Shown here: piece after piece, positions 49,059-59,018 of the stretch
How positions within the stretch are numbered: the stretch's first letter is position 1
Layout of the letters: each line of letters opens with the position of its first letter
DNA from: an uncultured delta proteobacterium
GTDB lineage: Bacteria > Myxococcota > UBA727 > VGSZ01
DNA: 64,000 bases
NCBI GenBank assembly: GCA_963775425.1
Contig: CAVZJB010000003.1
Location: forward strand, 160,001-224,000
Reading direction: 5' to 3'
Translations under genes and position numbers: made by a program
The notes under the pieces: generated by a model
What the model was told of the DNA's origin: nothing
What the model saw: only the letters and a program-made list of their open reading frames with translations
Database searches by the model: none

Positions 49059-50303
49059 ATGGCCGGAAAACGAACAGTGAGGCGCGAGAACCTCGTGGTG
49101 GGCCTCGATATCGGCACCACGAAGATCTGCACCATCGTCGGAGAGGTGACGCCGGAGGGCATCGACATCGTCGGCATCGGGACGGCGCCGTCGAAGGGCC
49201 TGCGCAAGGGCTGCGTCATCAACATCGAGTCCACGGTGGGCTCGATCAAGCGGGCCGTGGAAGAGGCCGAGCTGATGGCGGGCTGCGAGATCCACTCGGT
49301 GTACGCCGGCATCGCCGGCGGCCACATCCGTGGCTTCAATAGCCATGGAATTGTCGCAGTCAAGGATCGCGAGGTGATGGAGGCGGACATCGAGCGGGTC
49401 ATCGACGCCGCCAAGGCCGTGGCCATCCCCGTGGACCGCGAGGTCATCCACATCCTGCCGCAGGAGTTCGTCATCGACGACCAGGACGGCATCCGCGAGC
49501 CGCTCGGCATGTCCGGCGTGCGCCTCGAGGCCAAGGTCCACATCGTCACCGGCGCCGTCACCAGCGCGCAGAACATCGTCAAGTGCGCCCAGAAGTGCGC
49601 GCTCAACGTGAGCGACATCGTGCTCGAGCAGCTCGCGTCGGCGCTGGCGGTGCTCTCGGAGGACGAAAAAGAGCTGGGCGTGGCCCTCGTCGACATCGGC
49701 GGCGGCACCACCGACATCGCCATCTTCCACGGGGGGAGCATCCAGCACACGAGCGTGGTGGCCATCGGCGGCCAGCACATGACCAACGACATCGCCGTGG
49801 GGCTGCGCACGCCCCAGGAGGAGGCGGAGACCGTGAAGAAGAGGTGGGGGTGTGCCTCCACCAGGATGATCAAGGCCGGAGAGACCATCGAGGTCCCCTC
49901 CATCGGCGGGAGGAAGTCGCGCGAGCTGTCGCGCCAGATCCTCGGGGACATCCTCGAGCCGCGGGTGGTGGAGATCTTCGAGCTGGTCCAGCGCGAGATT
50001 GAAAAGATGAAGCTCACCGAGCTCCTCGCCTCGGGCGTGGTGCTCACCGGCGGCTCTACGCTGTTGCCGGGCATGGTGGAGGTCGCCGAGGAGGTCATCG
50101 GCTTGCCGGTGCGCCTGGGCGTCCCGCAGAACATCGGCGGCCTCGTCGACGTCGTCAGGAGCCCCATGTACGCCACGGGCGTCGGCCTCCTGATGTACGG
50201 CGCGCAGCAGCTCAACGATCCGCGCCACTTCCGCGCTCGCGACGAGAACATCTACACGAAGGTGAAGAAGCGCATGAGCGCGTGGCTCGACGACGTCTTG
50301 TGA
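49059..50303 (+). CDS. ftsA: Cell division protein FtsA
   Basis: GLDIGTTKI, DIGGGTTD, VVLTGG, YATGVGL; GGGAGG RBS. Confidence 0.96.
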   Translation: MAGKRTVRRENLVVGLDIGTTKICTIVGEVTPEGIDIVGIGTAPSKGLRKGCVINIESTVGSIKRAVEEAELMAGCEIHSVYAGIAGGHIRGFNSHGIVAVKDREVMEADIERVIDAAKAVAIPVDREVIHILPQEFVIDDQDGIREPLGMSGVRLEAKVHIVTGAVTSAQNIVKCAQKCALNVSDIVLEQLASALAVLSEDEKELGVALVDIGGGTTDIAIFHGGSIQHTSVVAIGGQHMTNDIAVGLRTPQEEAETVKKRWGCASTRMIKAGETIEVPSIGGRKSRELSRQILGDILEPRVVEIFELVQREIEKMKLTELLASGVVLTGGSTLLPGMVEVAEEVIGLPVRLGVPQNIGGLVDVVRSPMYATGVGLLMYGAQQLNDPRHFRARDENIYTKVKKRMSAWLDDVL

Positions 50304-50370
50304 CGTGCCCGCGCGGCTCGCCGGGAGCGGGCCCGTTCCCCCTTCCTTTCACACTTCACGGAGCTTCAAC

Positions 50371-51819
50371 ATGATCGAGTTCGAGGACAACAGCAGCAAG
50401 GGCCCCCGCATCAAGGTCGCCGGCGTCGGCGGCGGGGGCGGCAACGCCATCAACAACATGATCGACCGCGGCATCGCCGGCGTCGACTTTCTCGTCGCCA
50501 ACACCGACTGCCAGGCGCTCGAGATGTCCCACGCCCCGTCCAAGCTTCAGCTCGGCGCGGGCAGCACCAAGGGGCTCGGCGCCGGCGCCAAGCCCGACGT
50601 GGGCGCGTCGGCGGCCAAGGAGAGCATCGACCGCATCGAGGAGCTGCTCCACGGCGCCGACATGGTGTTCGTGGCCGCGGGCATGGGCGGCGGCACCGGC
50701 ACCGGCGCCGCGCCCATCATCGCCGACGTGGCGCGCCGCCAGGGCGCGCTCACGGTGGGCGTGGTGACCAAGCCGTTCACCTTCGAGGGCAACCGGAGGA
50801 AGAAGCAGGCGGAGCGCGGCATCGAGGCGCTCAAGCAGGCGGTGGACACGCTCATCATCGTTCCCAACGACCGCCTCTTGCAGCTCTGCTCGACGGAGAC
50901 GTCGATGCTCGACGCGTTCAAGATGGCCGACCAGGTCCTCTTCAACGCGGTGAAGGGCATCTCGGACATCATCACGCAGCAAGGCGTCATCAACGTCGAC
51001 TTCGCCGACGCCGTGAGCGTGATGAGCGCGCAGGGGCTGGCGCTCATGGGCATCGGCCGGGGCAACGGTGAGAAGCGGGCGCTGGACGCCGCGCACGCCG
51101 CCATCTCGAGCCCGCTCCTCGAGGAGGTCTCCGTCGACGGCGCCACCGGCATCCTGGTGAACGTCACCGGCGGCCCCACGCTGACGCTGCACGAGGTGAA
51201 CGCGGCCATCGCGCTCATCACCGACGCGGCGCACGAGGACGCGAACATCATCTTCGGCTACGTCGTCGACGAGGCCATGGGCGAGGACGTGGCCATCACC
51301 GTCATCGCCACGGGCTTCGAGAAGATGCGGCGCGAGGGCGAGCACAATAGCGCCAACGTGGCGGCGTCGCCGCCGGCGGCGCAGCAGCGCGTCGACGCCG
51401 ACGTCCCGACCTACATCCGAAACGGGTGGCGCGACGGCAAGCAGATGGGCCGCGGGGCGCTCCCGCAGGCCGAGCTGCCCATGCCCATGCCCGAGCAGCA
51501 GGTGACGGACCCGGGGAGCGCGCGCTTCGAGGAGGTGCAGCCCGAAGCCGCGCCCGTCGAGCCCGAGCCGTACGACGAGCAGCCGCAGGCGCGCCGGCCC
51601 AACAGCAGCCTCGAGCCCGTGCCCTCGGCGCTCGTGGCGCAGGCGCCCGCGCCGGCGCCCACGCCGCGCCGCGGGATCATGGTCCTGCCGCCGGTGGAGG
51701 ACGCGGTGCCGCGCCACAAGCGGAGCGTCCACCGCGAGGCGGCGCTCGCCATGAGCTCCGCGCTCGGCGAGGACGACGAGTACGACATCCCCGCGTTCCT
51801 GCGCCGGAACGCCGAATAG
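50371..51819 (+). CDS. ftsZ: Cell division protein FtsZ
   Basis: GVGGGGGNA, GMGGGTGTG, NVDFAD, C-terminal YDIPAFLRR. Confidence 0.97.
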   Translation: MIEFEDNSSKGPRIKVAGVGGGGGNAINNMIDRGIAGVDFLVANTDCQALEMSHAPSKLQLGAGSTKGLGAGAKPDVGASAAKESIDRIEELLHGADMVFVAAGMGGGTGTGAAPIIADVARRQGALTVGVVTKPFTFEGNRRKKQAERGIEALKQAVDTLIIVPNDRLLQLCSTETSMLDAFKMADQVLFNAVKGISDIITQQGVINVDFADAVSVMSAQGLALMGIGRGNGEKRALDAAHAAISSPLLEEVSVDGATGILVNVTGGPTLTLHEVNAAIALITDAAHEDANIIFGYVVDEAMGEDVAITVIATGFEKMRREGEHNSANVAASPPAAQQRVDADVPTYIRNGWRDGKQMGRGALPQAELPMPMPEQQVTDPGSARFEEVQPEAAPVEPEPYDEQPQARRPNSSLEPVPSALVAQAPAPAPTPRRGIMVLPPVEDAVPRHKRSVHREAALAMSSALGEDDEYDIPAFLRRNAE

Positions 51820-51834
51820 CTCAGGCACCCCTGC

Positions 51835-51891
51835 GGTTCCGTCGCGGCGGAGCGCTCCCTGGTGAGCGCTCCGCTGCGACGGACCTTTTTT
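51835..51891 (+). terminator. Rho-independent terminator ending the dcw cluster
   Basis: Long stem TCCGTCGCGGCGGAGCGCTC / GAGCGCTCCGCTGCGACGGA followed by T6. Confidence 0.88.
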
Positions 51892-52137
51892 GGGCTACGC
51901 ACGTGACCTTCGCGCTGCCACGAACGCGTGCCTCAATGGAACTTGTCGAGCATCCCGCCGAGATGGATCCGTGTGTTCTCGTGATGCATCCGGCGCCTGC
52001 TGCAACTTCGAGACCGCTGCCCGCCGACCGACGCCCCGTGACCAGCGATGGGCCGTCGCCCGGCGCCCGAAGCCCGTCGCCCGAGGCCGACGCCCGAAGG
52101 CCGCGCCCGCGCAAACCGATCTCCGTGAACCGACTCT

Positions 52138-55100
52138 TCAGCGCTCGTCGCAGCCGATGTCGGGGCGGTTGCCCTGCGGGCGCGGGTCACCGTCGATGTC
52201 GTCGGCCAGCGAGAGGGCGGCGTCGGCGGCGTCCGCGAGGGCGTTGTCGCCGGTGACGAGGTGGCCGGTGTCGTCGACGAGCGCACTCACATCTACGATC
52301 AGGCAAGCGTCACATTGAGGATCGAACGCCGCGAGATCGCCGTTGGACAGGGCGGTCACGGACGGCGTGACCACGAGCGTGGCCCCCGTGGAGAACGCGA
52401 GCGCCACGGCCTGCGTCCATGGCGCGTCGGTCGCCGCGTCGATGCCCGGATCGCCGCCCAGCACGCTGTTGGCGGCGTCGAGCGTCGCCTGCGCGTCGAG
52501 CGCGACCGCCGCGCCGCTCGACACGAGCGTCGCCTGTCGCAGCTCCACGGCGCCCGTGGCGTCGACGGCGGGCCCGCCGTCGACGGAGACAAAGCTCGAG
52601 AGCAGTGACGCGTCACCGCAGGACAGGCCCGTGGCCGCGCCCGGGTCGGAGATCGCCCGCAGCGTGGAGCGCAGGAACGTGCTGGGCGCCGACACCTGCG
52701 CGGCCACCGCGTCGGCGCCGTGCACGTCCACGGTGCTGTCGCTGACGTCCGCGGACGCGGCGACGATGCCCGCCGTGCTCCCGGCGCCGTCCACCACCAC
52801 GGTGCTGTCGACGACGGTGACGTCGACGCCGCCCGCGTCCACGCCCGTCACGCCCGCCGTGAGCGCGACGCCGGACAGCGACAGCGTCGCCGTCCCCGAC
52901 CCCGCGGCCGCGCGCCCGGCGGCGTCGATGGTGGTGTCGACGAGCTGCACGTCGCCGGCCCCGTCGGCGAGCATGCCGTCGCCGTTGCTCACGAGCGTGG
53001 CGCCGCTCGCGACGAGCACGCCCCCGCTCGCGCGCACCGCCAGCGCCGAGGCCACACCCTCGGCGATCACGTGCGCGCCCTCGAGGCTGACCTGCGCGCC
53101 GTCCGCGGCGAGGCCCACGGCGTCGTCGACGGCGGCGGCGTTGGCGGCGGCGAGCAGGGTGGCGCGCACCAGGGCGCTGCGGGCGTCGCCGGCGAAGGCG
53201 ATGGCCTCGCCCGAGGACGCGTCGGCGGTGGCGCCCGCCACGGTGGTGTCGCCGTCGAGGGTGAGCAGGCTGTCGGTCACCTCGATGCCTACGGCCGCAT
53301 CCGCCGCACCGCCGGAGATGGTGGACGCGGTGGCGTCGAGCGAGCACGCGGTGCCCTTCACGCCGGCCGCCGAGGTGGCGCCGGCGCCGCCGGTGATGTC
53401 TGCGCGCTCAAGCGCGAGCACCGCCGACGTGCACACCACGCCCACGGCGGCGTCGCCCGGAGCGCCGAGGACCGCGCTGTCGACGAACGTGGCCACCGCG
53501 CCCGGCGACAACACCACGCTGCCGACGTCGTGGGCGCTCGTGGGCTCCACGACGCTGTCCTGCACCCGCACCGCCGCGCCGGGGGCCGCCACGAGCAGGG
53601 GCTCGTCGTGCACGGCGCCCTCGACGATGTGCACGCCGTCGAGGCTGCTGGTGCGCGTGAGCTGAACCGAGCCGCCGGCGAGAGAGAGCGTGAGCGTGGC
53701 GAGGTGCGCGTCGACGATGCTCACGCCTGTGCTGCCCACGGGCAGCGTGGTCTCGGCGCCGCCGTCGACGTACGCGCCGGCGACGTCGTCGAAGTGGAGG
53801 CCGCCGCGCAAGGACAGCCGCTCGGGCAGCGCCCCGGTGAACACGGCGTGGCTCCCCTCGGCGAGCAGCAGCTCGGGCAGCTCGTGCCGCTCGGCCGTGT
53901 CCACGGCGGCGGCGACCGTGGCGAAGGGAGCGGCGGCGGTGCCGTTGCCGGCGTCGTCGTCGCCGCGGACGGGGTCGACGTACGGGCCGGCCTCCTCGAC
54001 GGTGACGGCCTGCTCCACGGTGACGCCGAGACCCTTGTCGTCGAACGCGCTGATGACGAAGTGGTAGACGTCGCCGGCCGCGACTGCGGTGAGCTCGATG
54101 TGGTCGGCGTCGGTGGCCTCGGTGAGCAGCCGCACCGGATCGTCCGGCGCCTGCGAGATGGACGTGGAGGCGATGACGCCCGAGTCCGGGTCTTCGGCGC
54201 CGCGCGCGTCGACGACGAACACCTCGCCGGGGACGACGAAGCGCTCCGGCGGCAACGACAGCACCGGCGCCACGTTCTCGGCGCCGTTGGTGACCAGCAC
54301 GCGCACGGTGTCCGGCGGCGAAATCACCAGGCCGTCGTCGGCGACCACGTGGAACAGCAGCGTGACGTCGGGGCCGTCGCCGGCGGGGGCGGTGAACAAG
54401 CCGGGGACGAGCGGGTCGGGCGCGGCGGTGGGGCCGAGCACCTGGGTGATGGTGACGACGAGCGGATCGCGGTCGACGTCGAAGGAGCGCGAGGTGTCCA
54501 GGCGGAAGCGCGAACCGGGGCCGACGATGCGATCGGGGCCGCCGTTCGCGGTGGGGGCGATGTCGCCGTTGGGCGGCCGCACGTCGACGGGCGCCACCTG
54601 CACGCCGCCCGACGCGCCGCCGAGGCGCCGCTCGCCGGCGAGGAAGAGGTGTTGCTGGCGGCGGGGCGCGCTGAAGGCGATGTTGTCGCCCTCGACGCCG
54701 CCGGGGATGACGTCGGCGTTGCCGTCGGCGGACCACGCGCGCGCGGTGGAGCCGGTGTCGTCGCGCGGGCAGAAGGAGACGGAGACGCCGACGTTGGTGT
54801 CGACCTGGACCACGGGGCTCGCGCACGTGCCCACGGTGAGGCCCGTGTCCGCCGGGAGCGGCGTGCCCGCGGGCCAGAAGACGCGCGCGGCGGGAGCGAC
54901 GCCGCGGCCGGCGCCGTCCACACCGTCGACGACGACGATGCAGGGCAGGGTGGCGCCGAGGGTGACGTCGACGGTGGTGCCGTCGACCGTGACGCCGGCG
55001 CCCGTGCCGCAGCTTGCGGTGGCGGTGAGCGAGGCGACGTCGCCGACGCTGTCGACGTCGAAGACGTGGGAGGTGCCCGGCTCCACGACCGCGTCGGGCG

Positions 55101-55572
55101 GGAGCATGAGGAACGCGGGCTCGCCCTCGGGGGTGCTCGACACGGTGACCTTCACCTGGTCGGTGGCGACGGCGCCGTCGGCCTCCGCGCGCAGCTCGAA
55201 GGTGAGCGTGGCCGGCGCGAGCGGGGCCACGAACGCGGGCAGCGCCGACGACGGGTTGGTCAGGAGCACCGGCGCCCCGTCCACCTGCGTCCACGACAGC
55301 GAGGCGTCGCCGGCGAGGCCGCGCGAGGCGCGCCCCGAGAGCACCACCCGCGAGCCCTCGAGGACGACGAGGTCGGGACCCGCGAGCGCGACGACGTCGA
55401 CGCGCGGGGGCACCGTGATCGGTGTCGGCCCCGGGAAGAGCGTGTCCGGGCACCCCGCGCAGCCGACGACGAGCGCGACGACGCCCGCGAGCGCGACCGC
55501 CTGCGACGCCGGGGAGGGCGCGGCATGGCGCGGCGGCGGGTGCGCCGACGGCGAGGGACGGGGGGGCGTCAC
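52138..55572 (-). CDS. Large surface lipoprotein with PKD-like repeats, DUF1565-like motif and beta-helix
   Basis: Lipobox-like CAGC; AGPD...WTQVDG repeats; YVDP..GDD..GNGTAAAPFATV; C-terminal DIDGDPRPQG.RPDIGCDE. Confidence 0.8.
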   Translation of the reverse strand: MTPPRPSPSAHPPPRHAAPSPASQAVALAGVVALVVGCAGCPDTLFPGPTPITVPPRVDVVALAGPDLVVLEGSRVVLSGRASRGLAGDASLSWTQVDGAPVLLTNPSSALPAFVAPLAPATLTFELRAEADGAVATDQVKVTVSSTPEGEPAFLMLPPDAVVEPGTSHVFDVDSVGDVASLTATASCGTGAGVTVDGTTVDVTLGATLPCIVVVDGVDGAGRGVAPAARVFWPAGTPLPADTGLTVGTCASPVVQVDTNVGVSVSFCPRDDTGSTARAWSADGNADVIPGGVEGDNIAFSAPRRQQHLFLAGERRLGGASGGVQVAPVDVRPPNGDIAPTANGGPDRIVGPGSRFRLDTSRSFDVDRDPLVVTITQVLGPTAAPDPLVPGLFTAPAGDGPDVTLLFHVVADDGLVISPPDTVRVLVTNGAENVAPVLSLPPERFVVPGEVFVVDARGAEDPDSGVIASTSISQAPDDPVRLLTEATDADHIELTAVAAGDVYHFVISAFDDKGLGVTVEQAVTVEEAGPYVDPVRGDDDAGNGTAAAPFATVAAAVDTAERHELPELLLAEGSHAVFTGALPERLSLRGGLHFDDVAGAYVDGGAETTLPVGSTGVSIVDAHLATLTLSLAGGSVQLTRTSSLDGVHIVEGAVHDEPLLVAAPGAAVRVQDSVVEPTSAHDVGSVVLSPGAVATFVDSAVLGAPGDAAVGVVCTSAVLALERADITGGAGATSAAGVKGTACSLDATASTISGGAADAAVGIEVTDSLLTLDGDTTVAGATADASSGEAIAFAGDARSALVRATLLAAANAAAVDDAVGLAADGAQVSLEGAHVIAEGVASALAVRASGGVLVASGATLVSNGDGMLADGAGDVQLVDTTIDAAGRAAAGSGTATLSLSGVALTAGVTGVDAGGVDVTVVDSTVVVDGAGSTAGIVAASADVSDSTVDVHGADAVAAQVSAPSTFLRSTLRAISDPGAATGLSCGDASLLSSFVSVDGGPAVDATGAVELRQATLVSSGAAVALDAQATLDAANSVLGGDPGIDAATDAPWTQAVALAFSTGATLVVTPSVTALSNGDLAAFDPQCDACLIVDVSALVDDTGHLVTGDNALADAADAALSLADDIDGDPRPQGNRPDIGCDER

Positions 55573-55683
55573 GGCACGGAATGGTACCCGGTTTTCACCG
55601 CGGCGCCCGTGGCCCCGCGCCCGTCCCCCCGGCCGGCGCGAGGGTGCGCTTCCCGGGCCGGGACCCGCGAGCTATCAGGCGCC

Positions 55684-56184
55684 ATGAGCGAAGGGCCGAG
55701 AGCGCCGCTGTGGGCCGTCGTCGTCGCCACCTGGTTCGGCGCGGGCAAGAGCCCCAAGGCGCCGGGCACGGTGGGGTCGGCGGCGTCGCTGATCCTGTGG
55801 GCGCCGATGGTCCTCCTCGAGACCCCCTGGTGGGCGCGCCTCGCCGTCACCGCGCTGGTGTTCGCCGTCGGCACCGTCGCCGCCGCCGCCATCGTGCGCG
55901 CGCGGGGGCAGGAGGATCCGCAGCTCGTCGTCGTAGACGAGGTCGCCGGCATGGGCGTCACGCTCGCGCTCGCGGCCCACGGGGCGTGGAGCCTCGGCCT
56001 CGGCTTCGCGCTGTTTCGCCTGTTCGACATCTGGAAGCCCTGGCCCGTGCGCCTCGCCGACCGCCGGGTGAAGGGCGGCTTCGGCGTCATGCTCGACGAC
56101 GTCATCGCCGGCCTCTACGCGCTGCCGTGCCTGTGGCTCGTGGAGCGCTTCGTCCTCCCTCGCCTCCTCGAGGTCCTGTCATGA
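55684..56184 (+). CDS. pgpA: Phosphatidylglycerophosphatase A
   Basis: APGTVGS, VVVDEVAG, FRLFDIWKPWP, GVMLDDVIAG. Confidence 0.94.
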   Translation: MSEGPRAPLWAVVVATWFGAGKSPKAPGTVGSAASLILWAPMVLLETPWWARLAVTALVFAVGTVAAAAIVRARGQEDPQLVVVDEVAGMGVTLALAAHGAWSLGLGFALFRLFDIWKPWPVRLADRRVKGGFGVMLDDVIAGLYALPCLWLVERFVLPRLLEVLS

Positions 56185-57428
56185 AAGACACCCTGCGCAT
56201 CGAGAGCGTCGCCGTCGGCGACGAGCTGCTCGACGGCCGCATCGCCGACAAGAACACCAAGGATCTCGGCGACGCCCTCGCCGTGCTCGGCCTCGAGCTG
56301 CGCGGCGCGCGCACCGTGCCCGACGACCACGACGCCATCGTGGGCGCCGTCAAAGAGGCCGCGGCCCGCGCCGACATCGTCGTCACCAGCGGGGGCCTCG
56401 GCCCCACGAGCGACGACATCACCGCCGCGTGCGTCGCGGACGCCGCCGGCGTCCCCATGCGCTTCGACGACGCCGCGTGGGCGCGCATCCAGGCCATGTT
56501 CGAGGCCCGGAAGCTCTCCATCCCCGAGAGCAACAAGCGCCAGGCCACGCTGCCGTCGACGTCGCGCACGCTCGAAAACGAGATGGGCACGGCGCCGGGC
56601 TTCGTCACCCCCGTGGGCGCCTGCGAGGTCTGGAGCTTCCCGGGCGTGCCGCGCGAATACCGGCACCTCCTCGAGGACCGCCTGCTCCCCCACATCCGCG
56701 AGCGGGCCAAGGGCGGCGCCGCCCTCGTGCGGCGCACGCTGCGCTCGCTCGGCGTCGCCGAGAGCGCCGTGGGCGAGCGCCTCACCGCGCTCAGCAACGA
56801 AAACCCCGACGTGCGCGTGCAGTACCGCACCCTCTTCCCCGAGATCCTCGTGCGGCTGGTGCTCGACGACGGCGACGCCGGCCGCGCCGACGCCCTCGCC
56901 GCCCGCGCCCGCAATGACATCGGCCCGTCCGTCTACGGCGACGGCGACGACCCGCTCGAGGTGCGCCTGTTGAAGGCCCTCGACGCCCGGAAGCAGACCG
57001 TGGCGGCGGCGGAGTCGTGCACCGGCGGCCTCGTCGCCAAGCGCGTGACCGACGTCCCCGGCTCGTCGAGCGCCATGCTCGGCGGCGTGGTGTCCTACGC
57101 GAACTCCGCCAAGGTCGACCTCCTCGAGGTGCCGCAGGCCGCGCTCGACGCGCACGGCGCCGTCTCCGAAGAGGTCGCGCGCGCCATGGCCGAGGGCGCG
57201 CGCAAGCGCTTCGGCGCCGACTTCGCCGTGTCGACGACGGGCGTGGCGGGGCCGGGCGGCGGCACGGCCGAAAAGCCCGTGGGCCTCGTGTGGTTCGCGG
57301 TGGCGGGCCCGCGCGGCACCAGCGCCAGGCGCTCGCGCTTCCCGGACTTCGGCCGCGAGCGCATCCGCGAGATGGCGGCGGCCACCGCGCTGCGCCTGCT
57401 CCTCGAGGCCGTCGAGGGCCCGCAGTGA
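56181..57428 (+). CDS. cinA: CinA family NMN deamidase-related protein
   Basis: VGDELLDG, SGGLGPTSDDIT, PGVPRE, AESCTGG, GAVSEEVA, TGVAGPGGG. Confidence 0.94.
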   Translation: MKDTLRIESVAVGDELLDGRIADKNTKDLGDALAVLGLELRGARTVPDDHDAIVGAVKEAAARADIVVTSGGLGPTSDDITAACVADAAGVPMRFDDAAWARIQAMFEARKLSIPESNKRQATLPSTSRTLENEMGTAPGFVTPVGACEVWSFPGVPREYRHLLEDRLLPHIRERAKGGAALVRRTLRSLGVAESAVGERLTALSNENPDVRVQYRTLFPEILVRLVLDDGDAGRADALAARARNDIGPSVYGDGDDPLEVRLLKALDARKQTVAAAESCTGGLVAKRVTDVPGSSSAMLGGVVSYANSAKVDLLEVPQAALDAHGAVSEEVARAMAEGARKRFGADFAVSTTGVAGPGGGTAEKPVGLVWFAVAGPRGTSARRSRFPDFGRERIREMAAATALRLLLEAVEGPQ

Positions 57429-57937
57429 AGCTCCACGTCGACACCCGCTTCGAGCGGGTGACGCTGCCGCGCTTCCTGGAGATCTACTTCTCCGAGGAAT
57501 TCAACAACGCCGTTGGCGCGGTTTCGGGGCTCAAGAGCCGCACGCTCGTCGAGGAGACGGTGAAGGACGACGGCGCGCGCGAGCGGCGCGTGCGCATGGA
57601 GCCGGCGGTGACGCTGCCGGGCCCCATCCAGAAGCTCGCCGACAGGCTCGCGGGCGACAAGGCCGTCATCACCTACGACGAGGTCTCCAGCTACGACCCC
57701 GCCGCCCGCACGTGCCGCTACTTCATCGACAGCCGCATCAAGGACAAGGCGCGGGTCGAGGGCACCATCCGCTTCCTCGAAGAAGGCGACGGCGTCCGCC
57801 GCGTCATCGACGGCCTCATCGAGGTGAAGGCGCCGCTCGGCGTCGGGGGCCTGATCGAGCGCTTCATCGAGAGCGAGACGCAGAAGGGCTACCTCAAGAT
57901 CGGCGCCTTCCTGCAGGATTGGATCGACACGCGGTGA
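57425..57937 (+). CDS. DUF2505-like (START/SRPBCC-fold) protein
   Basis: 170 aa; ends IEVKAPLGVGGLIERFI; GTGA overlap with cinA. Confidence 0.65.
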   Translation: MKLHVDTRFERVTLPRFLEIYFSEEFNNAVGAVSGLKSRTLVEETVKDDGARERRVRMEPAVTLPGPIQKLADRLAGDKAVITYDEVSSYDPAARTCRYFIDSRIKDKARVEGTIRFLEEGDGVRRVIDGLIEVKAPLGVGGLIERFIESETQKGYLKIGAFLQDWIDTR

Positions 57938-58464
57938 GCCGCACGGCCTCGCACGCGACCGCCGCCGTCGTGACCCTCGCGCTCTGTACGCTCGGCGGCG
58001 CCTGCCGCACCCCGCACATCGAAGGCGCCGCCGACGACGGCGCGCTGCACCAGACGCTCGAGCGGCCGCCGCTCCAGCCGGGCGCGCCGCCCGACTGCGA
58101 CGACGCCATCTTCGCGCGCACGTTCCACACGTGCCCGGCGCCGGCCGCGGCCTTCCCGCGCATCTGGGACGCGCTCGCGCCGTCTTTGACACCGGAGCGC
58201 GCCCGCGGCTTCGTCGCCGCCGAGGGACCGGCGCTCGACGCGTGCTGCGGCGCCGCCGACCTCGTCGTCGAGCTCGACCTCGTCGTCGCCTGTGACGGCC
58301 GGGTCGAGGACGCCGCCGCCAGCGTGGGCGGCGCCGGCGCCCCCCTCCTCGCCGGCGCGTGCCTCGAGGGCGTCGCGCGCGGGTGGACGCTCGATCGGCC
58401 CAACGGGCACGAGCAGGGCGTGCACGTGCTCGTCCCGTGCGGGACCCCGGGGGCGCGCCGATGA
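57934..58464 (+). CDS. Hypothetical lipoprotein
   Basis: GGAC lipobox; C-terminal DGRV....ACL...ARGW resembles TonB-C/AgmX-type domains; translationally coupled on both sides. Confidence 0.55.
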   Translation: MSRTASHATAAVVTLALCTLGGACRTPHIEGAADDGALHQTLERPPLQPGAPPDCDDAIFARTFHTCPAPAAAFPRIWDALAPSLTPERARGFVAAEGPALDACCGAADLVVELDLVVACDGRVEDAAASVGGAGAPLLAGACLEGVARGWTLDRPNGHEQGVHVLVPCGTPGARR

Positions 58465-59018
58465 GGGCCCGCGCGACCGCGCGCGGCCTGGCGCGCGGCC
58501 GCTCTCTCCGGTCGCTGATCGCCCTCGCGCTCGCGTCGTCGGCGCTCCCGGGCTGCGCCCACGTCGACGTGGGCCCCGAGGGCTCGCCCGCCGTCTGGAA
58601 CCTGAGCCCGCGGCGCGACGTCGAGGTCGACCACGCCGCCTTGTGCTGCCCGCGCGAAGGCGGGCTGTTGTGGGTCTCCGCCGTCGTCTCCGAGCGCGGC
58701 GTCGTCGCCGACCTGCGCGTCGAGCGGCCGCCGGCGTGGGCGGCGCTGCTCGCCGGCGGCGCGTGCGGCCTCGCCGACGGAGTGTGGCTCGTGGCGCACG
58801 TCGCCGGCGACGACGGCGCCGCGCACCAGGCGGACGCGCTGTTGGCCTCGTGCGACGAGGGGAAGAAGAAGCTCGGCGGCTCCTGGCTGCCGCCGTCCGT
58901 CTCCGCGGTCGAGCGCCGCTGCTTCGAGGGCATGACGCAGGCGTGGGCCCGCGAGCACCCTGCGCCCTCGTCACCGGTGACGTTCACCCTGAGCTGCGTC
59001 AGCGATCCAGGCGCTTGA
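58461..59018 (+). CDS. Hypothetical lipoprotein
   Basis: LPGC lipobox; ATGA overlap; 20-bp convergent overlap with the M23 gene. Confidence 0.5.
   Translation: MRARATARGLARGRSLRSLIALALASSALPGCAHVDVGPEGSPAVWNLSPRRDVEVDHAALCCPREGGLLWVSAVVSERGVVADLRVERPPAWAALLAGGACGLADGVWLVAHVAGDDGAAHQADALLASCDEGKKKLGGSWLPPSVSAVERRCFEGMTQAWAREHPAPSSPVTFTLSCVSDPGA

Noticed and set aside
51892-52137. 246-bp gap after the ftsZ terminator as an sRNA or small ORF
   Set aside because: No recognisable RNA motif, RBS or coding bias.
52720-55683. 1154-aa plus-strand ORF fused to pgpA
   Set aside because: Antisense shadow of the large PKD-like lipoprotein; pgpA starts at 55684.
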